NCBI GenBank assembly: GCA_965214405.1 | Contig: OZ243956.1 | Span: 3,648,001-3,712,000, forward strand | Source of the DNA: Trueperaceae bacterium | Lineage (GTDB): Bacteria > Deinococcota > Deinococci > Deinococcales > Trueperaceae | Direction of reading: 5' to 3' | DNA: 64,000 bases | In this document: positions 1 through 9,433 of the stretch, one piece after another | How the letters are laid out: the number at the start of each line of letters is the position of its first letter | How positions within the stretch are numbered: the stretch's first letter is position 1 | Program-made: the position numbers and the translations under genes | Notes under the pieces: model-generated | Seen by the model: only the letters and a program-made list of their open reading frames with translations | What the model was told of the DNA's origin: nothing | Database searches by the model: none

Positions 1-909
1 GGTCTGGTGCTTGACGGTAAGCTCTACTCGTTCGGCGGGTTCGACGAAACGAAAACCCCCTCCGTCTACACCCCCACCGACCGCGCCTACGTTTATGACC
101 CCACCACGAACGCCTGGACCGCCCTAAAGGAGATGCCGCGGATGCAAGGCGGCACCGTCCCGGGGGGCACGACCCACACGGGCACCGCCACCGACGGCAC
201 GGACATCTACTTTGCGGGGGGATACACCGCCAACCAGGACGGCACCGGGCAAATCTTCGGGACCTCAGAAGTGTGGAAGTACAACGTATCTGAGAACACT
301 TACGAATTTCTGCCCAGCCTGCCCCGGACGCCCGACTCTGGACCCGCCAACCGGCATTCGGCGGGGCAGCTCGAGGTTCTAAACGGCAAACTCCACTTTT
401 TCGGCGGCACCAGCGCCGACCGCGAAAAAGACGTGGGCTACCACTTTGTCCTCGACTTGAGCGACCTCGCGGCGGGCTGGGCGGCGGCGGCACCCCTGCC
501 CAATCCCCGGCACCACATGGGCTCGACGGTGCTGGGCGGCAAAATCTACGCGGTCGGCGGGCAACACGGCCACGACGAGGCGCTGGTGCCCGAAGACGAG
601 GTGGGCGTTTACGACCCCGCCGCGGACGCCTGGACGGAACTCTCGAGCCTCGCCAGGCCCCGCAACCACATCTCTTCGGCTACCTTTGTGATGGGCGGGC
701 GCATCATCGTCGCGGGCGGGCAGTTGACGCACACAAACGCGGTGGCCGATGTGTCCGCCTATGACCCCGGCACCAACACCTGGACGGAACTTACGCCGCT
801 CCCGGCCAGACGCTTTTCGGGCGTGGCCGGAGCCATTGACGGCCTGATGTATTACGCGACGGGGTCGGCCTCCGCAACGACGTTCAGGGGCGCGCCTCAG
901 CCTCAGTAA
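1..909 (+). CDS. Kelch-repeat beta-propeller protein, 5'-truncated by the window edge
   Basis: Open frame from base 1 (GLVLDGKLYSFGG); repeated Kelch units with GG...YDP..N.W (e.g. GGKIYAVGG, AYDPGTNTWTELTPLP). Confidence 0.85.
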   Translation, partial: GLVLDGKLYSFGGFDETKTPSVYTPTDRAYVYDPTTNAWTALKEMPRMQGGTVPGGTTHTGTATDGTDIYFAGGYTANQDGTGQIFGTSEVWKYNVSENTYEFLPSLPRTPDSGPANRHSAGQLEVLNGKLHFFGGTSADREKDVGYHFVLDLSDLAAGWAAAAPLPNPRHHMGSTVLGGKIYAVGGQHGHDEALVPEDEVGVYDPAADAWTELSSLARPRNHISSATFVMGGRIIVAGGQLTHTNAVADVSAYDPGTNTWTELTPLPARRFSGVAGAIDGLMYYATGSASATTFRGAPQPQ

Positions 910-920
910 AGGGGGCGCGT

Positions 921-2114
921 CTAAGGCTTTAGGAGGGCGGCAAAGCTCGAGCCCGCCCCCTCCCACGTTACGTTTAGAAGCTCCGCCACGGTCGCGCCTA
1001 CGTCGGCAAAACCTCTGGTCCCTAGGTTCACACCGGGACGCCCAGGGCTGTAAGCGAGCAGGAGACCGTACTCGCGCGTGTGGTCGGTGCCTTTCCAGGT
1101 CGGGTCGTTGCCGTGGTCCGACACGAAAAAGAGCCAGTCGTCGCTGTTGACGGCGGCCAGAATGTCTTCTAAGCGGCTGTCGGTCTCGAGCAGCGCCTCC
1201 GCATAACCCTGCGGGTCGCGGCGGTGACCGTACAGCGAGTCGAACTCGACCAAGTTGCAGAAGACGAGGCCGCGCGGTCTTTCCCTCATGACCTGAATCG
1301 TCTTCACCACGCCGTCCACATTCGAGTCGGTGTGAACCTCTCTCGTAAAACCGCTGTGGTTGTAGATGTCGGGGATTTTGCCGAGGCCGATAACCTCCTT
1401 GTCGGCCTCTTTGAGCGCGTCGAGCACCGTCGGGTGAGGCGGCGAGAGCGAAAAGTCTTTGCGCGCTTCTCCCAGACGAACAAACGCGCCGGGTTCACCC
1501 TCGAAGGGCCGCGCAATCACTCGAGCCACGGCGTAGTCGCCCCGCAAAATCTCGCGCGCCCCCTCGCACCACGCGTAAAGCGTCGCCAGCGGCACCACGT
1601 CCGTATGCGCCGCCACCTGAAACACGCTGTCGGCGCTCGTGTAAACGATGGGCTCACCCGTTTCTAAGTGCCGCTCGCCAAGCTCTTCGATAATCTGAGT
1701 GCCCGAGGCGGGCCGGTTTGCCAAATGCCCCCGACGGGTGAGCGCGTCAAATTTGTTCATGACCGCGTCCGGGAAACGTGTAAATGTTTTGAAGGGCTGC
1801 GCCAACGGTGCGCCCATGAATTCCCAATGGCCGGTGGTCGTGTCCTTGCCGGGGGAAAGCTCTAAAAGGCGGCCAAAGAAAGCTTTCGGCTCGTCCACCG
1901 CAGGAATGGACGCGACGCCTTCGATGTTGCCGGGGCCCAGCGCCTCAAAGTGCGGCAGCCTCACCCCCGCCACTTCCAGAGTATGGTCAAGCGTGTGCGC
2001 GCCCGCGTCCCCAAACGCGCCCGCGTCGGGTAACGCGCCGACGCCGACGGAGTCGAGGACGATAATCGTTACGGTTCTGGTCATGGTGGAGGATGCGGTG
2101 GAAGTTGCTGTCAT
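921..2114 (-). CDS. deoB: Phosphopentomutase
   Basis: [48 protein letters not shown] motifs. Confidence 0.95.
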   Translation of the reverse strand: MTATSTASSTMTRTVTIIVLDSVGVGALPDAGAFGDAGAHTLDHTLEVAGVRLPHFEALGPGNIEGVASIPAVDEPKAFFGRLLELSPGKDTTTGHWEFMGAPLAQPFKTFTRFPDAVMNKFDALTRRGHLANRPASGTQIIEELGERHLETGEPIVYTSADSVFQVAAHTDVVPLATLYAWCEGAREILRGDYAVARVIARPFEGEPGAFVRLGEARKDFSLSPPHPTVLDALKEADKEVIGLGKIPDIYNHSGFTREVHTDSNVDGVVKTIQVMRERPRGLVFCNLVEFDSLYGHRRDPQGYAEALLETDSRLEDILAAVNSDDWLFFVSDHGNDPTWKGTDHTREYGLLLAYSPGRPGVNLGTRGFADVGATVAELLNVTWEGAGSSFAALLKP

Positions 2115-2170
2115 AGCGCCAAGTATACGCGTCCCTGGGGAGTTGCCTTTGGGGCGGTCATAATGAGGGG

Positions 2171-3823
2171 GTGATGCGGGAACCTTTGCAGGAGGCTGTG
2201 TTAGAAAGTGTGGCTCGGCTCGAGCCGGAGGCCCGAACGCTGCTCGTCGCCGTGTCGGGCGGCCCCGATTCGGTCGCGCTCCTGCATCTTTTGCTGGAAG
2301 GACCCTACCGGCTTCACGTCGCCCACTTCGACCACGCGCTCCGCCCCGACTCCGCCGAGGACGCCGCTTTTGTGGGGGGTGTGTGCGCCGCCCTCAAGCT
2401 TCCCTTCCACACCACCCGCGCCGAGGTCGCCCGCGTCGCCGCGGCAAAGGGCTGGAACGTCGAGGACGCCGCGCGGCGCTTGCGCTACAGCTTCTTCACC
2501 CGGACCGCCAAGCGCGTGGGGGCCGACGCCGTGGTGACGGGGCACACGAGAGACGATCAAGCCGAAACGGTGCTGATGCAGCTCTTGCGGGGGGCCGCAT
2601 TCTTGAGGGGGATGAGGGGAAAACGGGGCCGGGTTGTTCGGCCCCTTCTGAACGTGGCTCGAGCCGACCTGCTCGCCTACCTTGACGGCATTGACCAGCC
2701 TTACCTCACCGACCCGACCAACGTCGACACCACCCGCACCCGCGCCTGGCTTCGTTATGAGGTGCTGCCCCTGTTACGGTCGCGTTACCCCAACGTTACG
2801 CGCACGCTCGCCGGGCTCGCGGCGCTTCAGCGTGACCAGGAGGCGCATTTTGCGAGGGAGAGTGAAAGCTTTTTGGAGGGCTCGAGCGTCTCCGTAGCTT
2901 CTCTGCAAAAAGCCGACGCCGCCCTTCAACGGCAGGTTGTCGCGCAGCTTCTGATGAGGGCGCATCTTCAACCCGACGCCGCGCATATCGAGGCCGTGCG
3001 GCGCGCATTGAGGCAAGAGCACCCGCAGCGGCTCTCTTTACCCAAAGGCTACGCGGCGCGCGTTGCGTACGGGCGGCTCGAGCTTCTCCCGCCCGCGTCT
3101 CCAGAATCCACCACAAAACCCAAACCCTCCTTTCCGCTCGAGCTGCCGCCCGAGGTGGACCCGGATAGGCTCGAGCCTTTCCTCGACCTCGTTATCCGCA
3201 CGCGGCGTCCGGGTGACCGCGTCCGCCTCTCGGGGGGCGCGAAAAAACTTAGCGATCTGCTCATCGACCGCAAAGTCCCGCGCGAAGACCGCGACGCGCT
3301 CCGGGTGCTCGCCTCAGGTTCGGAGGTGCTGTGGGTAGAGGGGGTGGCGACGGATGTACGGGTGGCGCAGGCGGTGGAGGACGCCGACGTGGGCTGGATG
3401 AAGGAGGCGCTTGTGCGGGCTCGAGAGGCCGCCGCGCGCGGCGAACTGCCCGTGGGCGCGGTGGTCGTCAGAAACGGTAGCATCATCGGCGCGGGTGCCA
3501 ACACGACCGAGGCCGCGCGCGACCCGACGGGGCACGCTGAGCTTCACGCGTTGCGGGCGGCGGGGGCGGCGCTGGGTGACTGGCGCTTAACGGGCTGCAC
3601 GCTCTATGTGACGCTCGAGCCCTGCCCCATGTGCTTCGGCGCGGCCCTGCAAGCGCACCTGCCGCGCCTCGTCTACGGCGCGCCCAACAACCGCGAGGGC
3701 GCGCTGGGCAGCGTGGCCGATCTGCGGGAGGCACCCTGGAAGCGTTCTCTCGAGGTGCGTGGGGGGGTGCTGGGGCTCGAGGCGGGGAGTTTGCTGAGCG
3801 CGTTTTTCAAGTCGCGGCGCTAG
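2171..3823 (+). CDS. tilS: tRNA(Ile)-lysidine synthetase fused to a C-terminal TadA-like Zn-dependent deaminase
   Basis: PP-loop [25 protein letters not shown]-terminal ELPVGAV, HAE and TLEPCPMC deaminase motifs; CATAAT 6 nt before GTG. Confidence 0.92.
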   Translation: MMREPLQEAVLESVARLEPEARTLLVAVSGGPDSVALLHLLLEGPYRLHVAHFDHALRPDSAEDAAFVGGVCAALKLPFHTTRAEVARVAAAKGWNVEDAARRLRYSFFTRTAKRVGADAVVTGHTRDDQAETVLMQLLRGAAFLRGMRGKRGRVVRPLLNVARADLLAYLDGIDQPYLTDPTNVDTTRTRAWLRYEVLPLLRSRYPNVTRTLAGLAALQRDQEAHFARESESFLEGSSVSVASLQKADAALQRQVVAQLLMRAHLQPDAAHIEAVRRALRQEHPQRLSLPKGYAARVAYGRLELLPPASPESTTKPKPSFPLELPPEVDPDRLEPFLDLVIRTRRPGDRVRLSGGAKKLSDLLIDRKVPREDRDALRVLASGSEVLWVEGVATDVRVAQAVEDADVGWMKEALVRAREAAARGELPVGAVVVRNGSIIGAGANTTEAARDPTGHAELHALRAAGAALGDWRLTGCTLYVTLEPCPMCFGAALQAHLPRLVYGAPNNREGALGSVADLREAPWKRSLEVRGGVLGLEAGSLLSAFFKSRR

Positions 3824-3851
3824 AAGGTGAGACTCAAATCCCACCTCGACC

Positions 3852-3923
3852 AATCCCGACCTTGACACTCGGGATTAAATTTGTCATGATGACAGGTGAA
3901 TTCCGAGCTAGCTACTCGGATTT
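3852..3923 (+). promoter_or_regulatory. Sigma70-type promoter with two 25-bp palindromic operators
   Basis: TTGACA 3862-3867, 17 bp, CATGAT 3885-3890; AATCCCGA-N9-TCGGGATT (3852-3876) and AATTCCGA-N9-TCGGATTT (3899-3923). Confidence 0.7.
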
Positions 3924-3972
3924 GACTTTGTTGCGCCGTCGCCCAGAGGGCGGCGGTAAAAAGGGGAGTTAC

Positions 3973-4992
3973 ATGTCCTTACGACCACTCTTATGCCTGA
4001 CTATTTTTTGCTTCGCGGCGCTCACGGCTCTTGCCACCGCCCAAGAAGTCAACGTCTACTCCGCCCGTCACTACGACAGCGACGTGGCCTTGTACGAAGC
4101 TTTTACGGAGGAGACCGGCATTGAAGTCAATCTCATCGAAGCGGACGCGGACGAACTTATCGAGCGCATCCGGAGCGAGGGGGCCAACTCCCCCGCCGAC
4201 GTGCTCATCACCGTGGACGCCGGGCGGCTCTGGCGCGCCGAGGAGGCGGGGCTGCTCTCGCCGGTCGAGTCCGAGGTACTCAGTGCCGCTGTGCCCGCCA
4301 ACCTGCGTCACCCCGAGGGGGAATGGTTCGGCCTGACTACGCGCGCGCGGGTGGTTGTCTACAACAAAGAAACGGTGGACGAGGGCGAACTGTCCACCTA
4401 TGAGGACCTAGCCAGCGACGCCTGGGAGGGCCGGATCTGCGTCCGCTCTTCGAGCAACGTCTACAATCAGTCGCTCGTCGCCTCGCTCATCGCGGCGAAC
4501 GGCGTAGAGGAGACCGAAAGCTGGGCGGAGGGCCTGGTCGCAAATTTCGCCCGCGAGCCTCAGGGCGGCGACACCGACCAAATTAAAGCCGTCGCCGCGG
4601 GCGAGTGCGACGTAGCCATCGTGAACCACTACTACCTGGCCCGGCTCATCGCCTCGGACGACCCAGCCGATAGGGAAGTGGCCGAAACCGTCGGCATCTT
4701 CTTCCCTAACCAGGACGGTCGCGGCACCCACGTCAACATCAGCGGCGCGGGCGTCGTGGCGAGCGCGCCCAACCGCGAGAACGCGGTGCGCTTCCTCGAA
4801 TTCCTGACCACCCCCGAAGCGCAGGAAGTGTTCGCGGCCGGCTCTTACGAATTCCCCGCCGTTGAGGGCGTGCCCGTCGCGGAGGTGGTGGCGGATTTTG
4901 GCGACTTCACGGCGGACGACGTCAACGTGGCCTTGTACGGCGAAAACAACCCCGAGGCGGTGCGGATTATGGACCGCGCGGGCTGGCGTTAA
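3973..4992 (+). CDS. Fe(III) ABC transporter substrate-binding protein (FutA/FbpA type)
   Basis: RBS GGGAG, ATG 3973, signal peptide; VNVYSARHY, SPADVLITVDAGRL, GGDTDQIKAV, VNHYY, GTHVNISGAG. Confidence 0.9.
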   Translation: MSLRPLLCLTIFCFAALTALATAQEVNVYSARHYDSDVALYEAFTEETGIEVNLIEADADELIERIRSEGANSPADVLITVDAGRLWRAEEAGLLSPVESEVLSAAVPANLRHPEGEWFGLTTRARVVVYNKETVDEGELSTYEDLASDAWEGRICVRSSSNVYNQSLVASLIAANGVEETESWAEGLVANFAREPQGGDTDQIKAVAAGECDVAIVNHYYLARLIASDDPADREVAETVGIFFPNQDGRGTHVNISGAGVVASAPNRENAVRFLEFLTTPEAQEVFAAGSYEFPAVEGVPVAEVVADFGDFTADDVNVALYGENNPEAVRIMDRAGWR

Positions 4993-5024
4993 AAAGGTTG
5001 CGTCAAGCGTCAGAAGAAGTTTGT

Positions 5025-5063
5025 AAAAGGGAGAGCGCGAACGTGAAAAGCGTTCGCGCTCTT
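5025..5063. terminator. Intrinsic terminator between converging genes, possibly bidirectional
   Basis: 12-bp stem AGAGCGCGAACG/CGTTCGCGCTCT with A-tract on the left. Confidence 0.65.
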
Positions 5064-5284
5064 GCTATACGGATTTTTGACATCCTTCAACAAAGCCTGG
5101 GCCTGGTCCTGCTTGACAACAAAAAGGGTTATGTCAGGTGGGTTCTGTAGAAAAACAATAGCGCCCCCTTAGAATGAAGAGCTTTCAGTCCCTTGTTACC
5201 CGTGGCGTACCAGGAGGCTAATACTTTGATGGTTGCTAAGCAAAAGTATGGACTTTTCTCTCAGTCCTCGTTACTTTTTCGCCC

Positions 5285-5893
5285 TTACTCGTTGGCGACG
5301 GCCTCGAGCAGCGGTATATCCACCAGGGTTATCTTGCCGTAACCCGCGTCAATTGCGCCGCGCCGCGAGAGTTCGCCGACGACTTTGGTTACCGTTTCCC
5401 TAACTGAGCCCACCGCCGCCGCGAGGTCGTCGTGGGTAATATGCACGACCGGCTCGCCGCGTTCGCGCGTGGTGGCGAGCGCGCTGTCTTGGAGGTCCAA
5501 AAGCTCCGCGGCGATGCGCGACTTGAGCCTCTTACCCGAGAGCCTAAAGAGCGACTGGTAGAGTTTTTCAACCGCCTCGACTAAGTGCGCGGTGAGGTCG
5601 AGATTCTCTTCAACGCTCAGGATGGCGGGACTCAAAACTTCGACTTCGCTGCTCGTCACCGCCTCGGCGAAGTAACGCCTCGAGAGCCCGCGCACGGCCT
5701 CCTCACCAAAATAGCCGCCCGGTTTCACGTAACGCAGCGTCAACCCGTTGCCCTCGTCGTCCACCGTATGAATGCGAATAAGGCCCCGCTTAACACGGTA
5801 AATGTTGTCCGGTTCGCCGGGAAAAAGGATGATTTCACCCGGCCCGTAGTCGAGGACGTCCGCGTAGTCGCTCCCCTTCACACTGCCACTCAT
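5285..5893 (-). CDS. ddrI: CRP/FNR-family regulator (Deinococcus DdrI / Thermus SdrP type)
   Basis: GNGLTLRYVKPGGYFGEEA and HTH THDDLAAAVGSVRETVTKVVGELS closely match DdrI as I recall it. Confidence 0.85.
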   Translation of the reverse strand: MSGSVKGSDYADVLDYGPGEIILFPGEPDNIYRVKRGLIRIHTVDDEGNGLTLRYVKPGGYFGEEAVRGLSRRYFAEAVTSSEVEVLSPAILSVEENLDLTAHLVEAVEKLYQSLFRLSGKRLKSRIAAELLDLQDSALATTRERGEPVVHITHDDLAAAVGSVRETVTKVVGELSRRGAIDAGYGKITLVDIPLLEAVANE

Positions 5894-6096
5894 AGGCTGC
5901 CACTCATAAATCCCCGCTCCCCAAGAACGTTATGGCTGAAAAGCACGTCATCACTCCATCAACTATACTGAGAGCCGTTCCCGCCAAACAACGCTCACCT
6001 TACTAAACTCCGTTTTTTATTTTTGTGGGTCTCGTTCATAAAGAGATGATGAAAAATTGCATTCTGCCGCTCCTTGCGCGCCCGTACACTACCCTT

Positions 6097-6522
6097 ATGA
6101 AGCGCCTCCCCAAATTACGCCCTGTCATGCTAGGGGGGCTCATAGGAATGCTTTTGGTGCCCCTCAGCGCCTGCGCCCCGCGTTCGGCACTCGCGCCCGC
6201 GTTGGTTACCCGCTTCTCAACACAAAACAACCCCATCACGCTCAACGAGGCTAACAAACTCACCGCCTACCCCGGCTCGCAGATCCTCACATTGGAGGAC
6301 ACGGGAGCACGCACCACCGCGCGTTTTTTATCCAACGCTACGCTGTTTACGCTCGAGAGCTATTTCGAGACGCAACTCACAACCGAGGGCTGGCGGCGTC
6401 TAAATTACGACCCGCCCAACAACACGCGCTCGAGCGTCGTTTACAAACGCGCGGGTGAGCGGGTCAGGTTGAAGCTGGCGCTCGAGGACCCCAGTGGACG
6501 CTACCTTTTGACCTTGCGTTAA
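6097..6522 (+). CDS. Putative lipoprotein
   Basis: TACACT 6 nt before ATG 6097; basic N-terminus, hydrophobic stretch, lipobox LSAC. Confidence 0.6.
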   Translation: MKRLPKLRPVMLGGLIGMLLVPLSACAPRSALAPALVTRFSTQNNPITLNEANKLTAYPGSQILTLEDTGARTTARFLSNATLFTLESYFETQLTTEGWRRLNYDPPNNTRSSVVYKRAGERVRLKLALEDPSGRYLLTLR

Positions 6523-6557
6523 GCCGACTTTATGTTACTGAACCCTGTGCTAAACGC

Positions 6558-6788
6558 CTAAACCCCGCCCCTTCGAAGGCCGCGAAGCCGGTTTATCGCC
6601 CTGGCGTGGTAGCTCGCGTGCTCCTCGTCGGACATCGGCTTGATGTCGGCCTCACGAATCCACGTTTCCACCTGCTCCACCGAGGTGTTGAGTTCTTCGG
6701 CCAACTCATGAAATCTGTAACTCTGCCGCGATTCGGCGGGGCTCTCGAGCGGGTCCACACGATTGAAATTGTTGTTAGAGCCGGTCAT
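6558..6788 (-). CDS. Small hypothetical protein, possible HTH
   Basis: RBS GAAAGGAAAGG before ATG 6788; YRFHELAEELNTSVEQVETWIRE resembles a MerR/excisionase-type HTH. Confidence 0.5.
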   Translation of the reverse strand: MTGSNNNFNRVDPLESPAESRQSYRFHELAEELNTSVEQVETWIREADIKPMSDEEHASYHARAINRLRGLRRGGV

Positions 6789-6895
6789 ACCTTTCCTTTC
6801 TCGTCTCCGCAACGCGATGATGGAGTCGGAAAGCTAGTGTAGCGAGCCGGAGGAGGCGAAACTGCGCGCCCGTTTTCAAATGCGCCGCTTTGCCC

Positions 6896-7345
6896 TCAAG
6901 GCTGCTTGGTGATGTCCAACGTGCCTGTTACATAGGGCGTGCAGCCGTTGGATACGTAAGTGCCGCGGAGGGTGTTGTCCGTTCTGGTCGCCTCGACGTT
7001 GTAAACGCACTCGGGCGTCTTGGAGGAGATGAGGAGGGCGCTCAGCAGGGTGTCATAGGTGGGTTGACTCCGCAAAATTCCGTCGTTCGCCGCGCCGCCA
7101 AAGTCAGCCGTCCAGGACCCGCCGAGAACGCGGCTATAGTCGTTACTCTCGGTAATGATGTTGAACGTAATATCCCCTGCGCCGCCGACGCTGTCGTTGA
7201 GCGTGCCCGTCCAGGTGCCCAGGTAGGTGAACGCTTCATCGTAAGGCGGATACGGGTCGATGGGCGGGTCGGAAATCGGACACGCGGTGAGCAGCAAAAC
7301 GGAGACGACGGCGGGGAAAAGTGCGCGCAACTTCAGCATCCTCAT
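6896..7345 (-). CDS. Putative lipoprotein
   Basis: RBS AAAGGAG; lipobox LLTAC; beta-rich body (YLGTWTGTL, LRGTY). Confidence 0.7.
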   Translation of the reverse strand: MRMLKLRALFPAVVSVLLLTACPISDPPIDPYPPYDEAFTYLGTWTGTLNDSVGGAGDITFNIITESNDYSRVLGGSWTADFGGAANDGILRSQPTYDTLLSALLISSKTPECVYNVEATRTDNTLRGTYVSNGCTPYVTGTLDITKQP

Positions 7346-7424
7346 AACGCTCCTTTAGTAGCTTATTGAACCTGCTTGTTTGCAACTTCATGACGCCTTT
7401 TGTTTTGAACATTACAATACTATT

Positions 7425-9308
7425 ATGTTACTCGCCGCGCTGCAAGAAGCTGAAAAATTTTACGGTGAACAGACGGTACTGGGCGGCGTCACCTTCGAGG
7501 TCCGCGCGGCCTCGAGGGTCGCGCTCATCGGGCGCAACGGCGCGGGCAAGTCGACCATCCTGCGTTTGCTCATGGGGGAGGACGTGCCCGACGGCGGCTC
7601 CGTCTACCGCCGCGACGGCGTCACGGTGGCGATGCTTAAGCAAGACCCGCAGTTCGAGGCGGGCTCGAGCGTGCTGGAGGTGTCGGAAAAGGCTTTCGGC
7701 GAGCTCGACGCGCTAGAAAAAATCCTGAGCGGGCTCGAGCACCAGGGCCTCGACAAACCCGAGGTGTTCGAGCGTTGGGAGCGGGTTCATGAGACCTTTG
7801 AGCGGCGCGGCGGTTACGAGCGGCGCGCGCGGCGTGACGCGGTTTTGTACGCGCTGGGCTTTCGCGGGCGCGAAGGAGAAAGGGCGGAACGCCTCTCGGG
7901 GGGCGAGAAAACGCGGTTGGGTCTGGCGCGCCTGCTCATGGCGCAGCCCGATGTGCTCCTTTTAGACGAGCCGACTAACCACCTAGACATCGCCATGCGG
8001 GAGTGGCTCGAGGGCTACTTGGGCCGCTACCCCGGCGGCGTGGTGCTGGTGTCGCACGACCGCGCCTTTATGGATGCGGCGGGCTCGAGTACCGCTGAAA
8101 TCGCCTTCGGCACGCTCCGCACTTTCGACGGTCCGCCGAGCCGGTACCGCGAGTACCGGGCCGAGCAACTGCGCATCGAGGCGGCGACGCGCAAGAACCA
8201 GGCGCGCGAGCACGAGCGTTTGGAGGAGGCGGCCTCCCGCATGAAAGCCTGGGCGGGCCAGAACGAAAAATTGCACCGCCGCGCCAAGGCGATGGAGCGG
8301 CGCGTCGAGCGTTATGAAAATGAGATGATGGGCGAGGCCGAACGCGAGGCGCGCACCACCCGCTTCTCATTCCCCTGCGACGAGAGCGGCGACATCGTGT
8401 TGCAGGCGGACGGACTGAGTAAGGGTTTTGGCGAGCGCACGCTTTTTGAAGATGTTTCGTTTACCCTGCGGCAGGGCGAGCGCATCGCCTTAGTAGGTCC
8501 CAACGGCGCGGGCAAAACGAGTTTCCTGCGGGTGCTGCTGGGTGACGCCTCGAGTGACGACCCCGCGGCCCTTCTACGTTACGGCGCGCGGGTGCGCGTC
8601 GGCTACTACGACCAGGAACTGCGGGGCGTGGACCCCGAGCGCACGCTCATCGAGGAGATGATTCGCTTGGTGGGCGACGTGGAGGCGCACAACCTGCTGG
8701 GCCGTTTTCTTTTCCCCTACGACGCGCAGTACAAGCACATCAGCGACCTCTCAGGCGGCGAAAGGGCGCGGCTGGCGCTTCTCAAACTCACGCTGGGTGA
8801 GTACAACTTTCTAATTTTGGACGAGCCGACGAACCACTTAGACGTGGAGATGATCGAGGCGCTCGAGGACGCCCTCAACGCTTTTGAAGGCACGCTCCTT
8901 ATCGTCTCGCACGACCGTTCTTTTATCCGCAAGACGACGGAGCTTGTGTGGGAACTGCGGGGGGGCTTCACCGCCTTTGACGGCCCCTGGGACTACTACC
9001 AGCGCAAGCGGCAGGAGGACGCGCAAGCCGAGGCGGCACCCGTTTCGCCGTTACCTCTAAAAAAGGAGCCAAAGCCAAAAGGTCCTTCAAAGTGGCAGCT
9101 CGAGCGTGACCTAGAAAGTTTAGAAAAAAGGATTGAAACGCTCGAGGCCCGCCTTGCCGACATCGGTGACCGGTTGAGCCGGTCCGCGGGGCTCGAGCCC
9201 GAAAAGATAGGTCAGTTGGGCAAGGAGCACGCCCGAGTAGAGGAGGAGCTGCTTGCAGCGATGGCGGCTTGGGAAGAAACGACGGAAGAGCTGAGCGTCA
9301 AAAGTTAA
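7425..9308 (+). CDS. ABC-F family ATPase (Uup/YheS-like)
   Basis: Two NBDs (GRNGAGKST, GPNGAGKTS; LSGGE; LDEPTNHLD x2), no TM segments, C-terminal coiled coil; TACAAT 6 nt before ATG 7425. Confidence 0.92.
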   Translation: MLLAALQEAEKFYGEQTVLGGVTFEVRAASRVALIGRNGAGKSTILRLLMGEDVPDGGSVYRRDGVTVAMLKQDPQFEAGSSVLEVSEKAFGELDALEKILSGLEHQGLDKPEVFERWERVHETFERRGGYERRARRDAVLYALGFRGREGERAERLSGGEKTRLGLARLLMAQPDVLLLDEPTNHLDIAMREWLEGYLGRYPGGVVLVSHDRAFMDAAGSSTAEIAFGTLRTFDGPPSRYREYRAEQLRIEAATRKNQAREHERLEEAASRMKAWAGQNEKLHRRAKAMERRVERYENEMMGEAEREARTTRFSFPCDESGDIVLQADGLSKGFGERTLFEDVSFTLRQGERIALVGPNGAGKTSFLRVLLGDASSDDPAALLRYGARVRVGYYDQELRGVDPERTLIEEMIRLVGDVEAHNLLGRFLFPYDAQYKHISDLSGGERARLALLKLTLGEYNFLILDEPTNHLDVEMIEALEDALNAFEGTLLIVSHDRSFIRKTTELVWELRGGFTAFDGPWDYYQRKRQEDAQAEAAPVSPLPLKKEPKPKGPSKWQLERDLESLEKRIETLEARLADIGDRLSRSAGLEPEKIGQLGKEHARVEEELLAAMAAWEETTEELSVKS

Positions 9309-9350
9309 GAGGGCCGGAGTGGTTCAGCCCTCTCTACGTCACAAGTTTTT

Positions 9351-9375
9351 ACTCTTTACTCGGTCCTCGGTACTC
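9351..9375. repeat. Heptamer tandem repeat
   Basis: ACTCTTT-ACTCGGT-CCTCGGT-ACTC; same family as 13274-13352. Confidence 0.55.
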
Positions 9376-9433
9376 TCTTGCTTCCCTACTCCCCAGCCAA
9401 CGATAGCGTCAGCATCACCCAAACCCCTCGGTT

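Noticed and set aside
3631..3972. 114-aa N-terminal extension of the iron-binding protein
   Set aside because: Overlaps tilS and the promoter; RBS and signal peptide point to ATG 3973. Similar over-long starts were trimmed for the ABC-F, LysM, RIO, trxA, hydrolase, FabH-like, mutS2, yggS and other genes.
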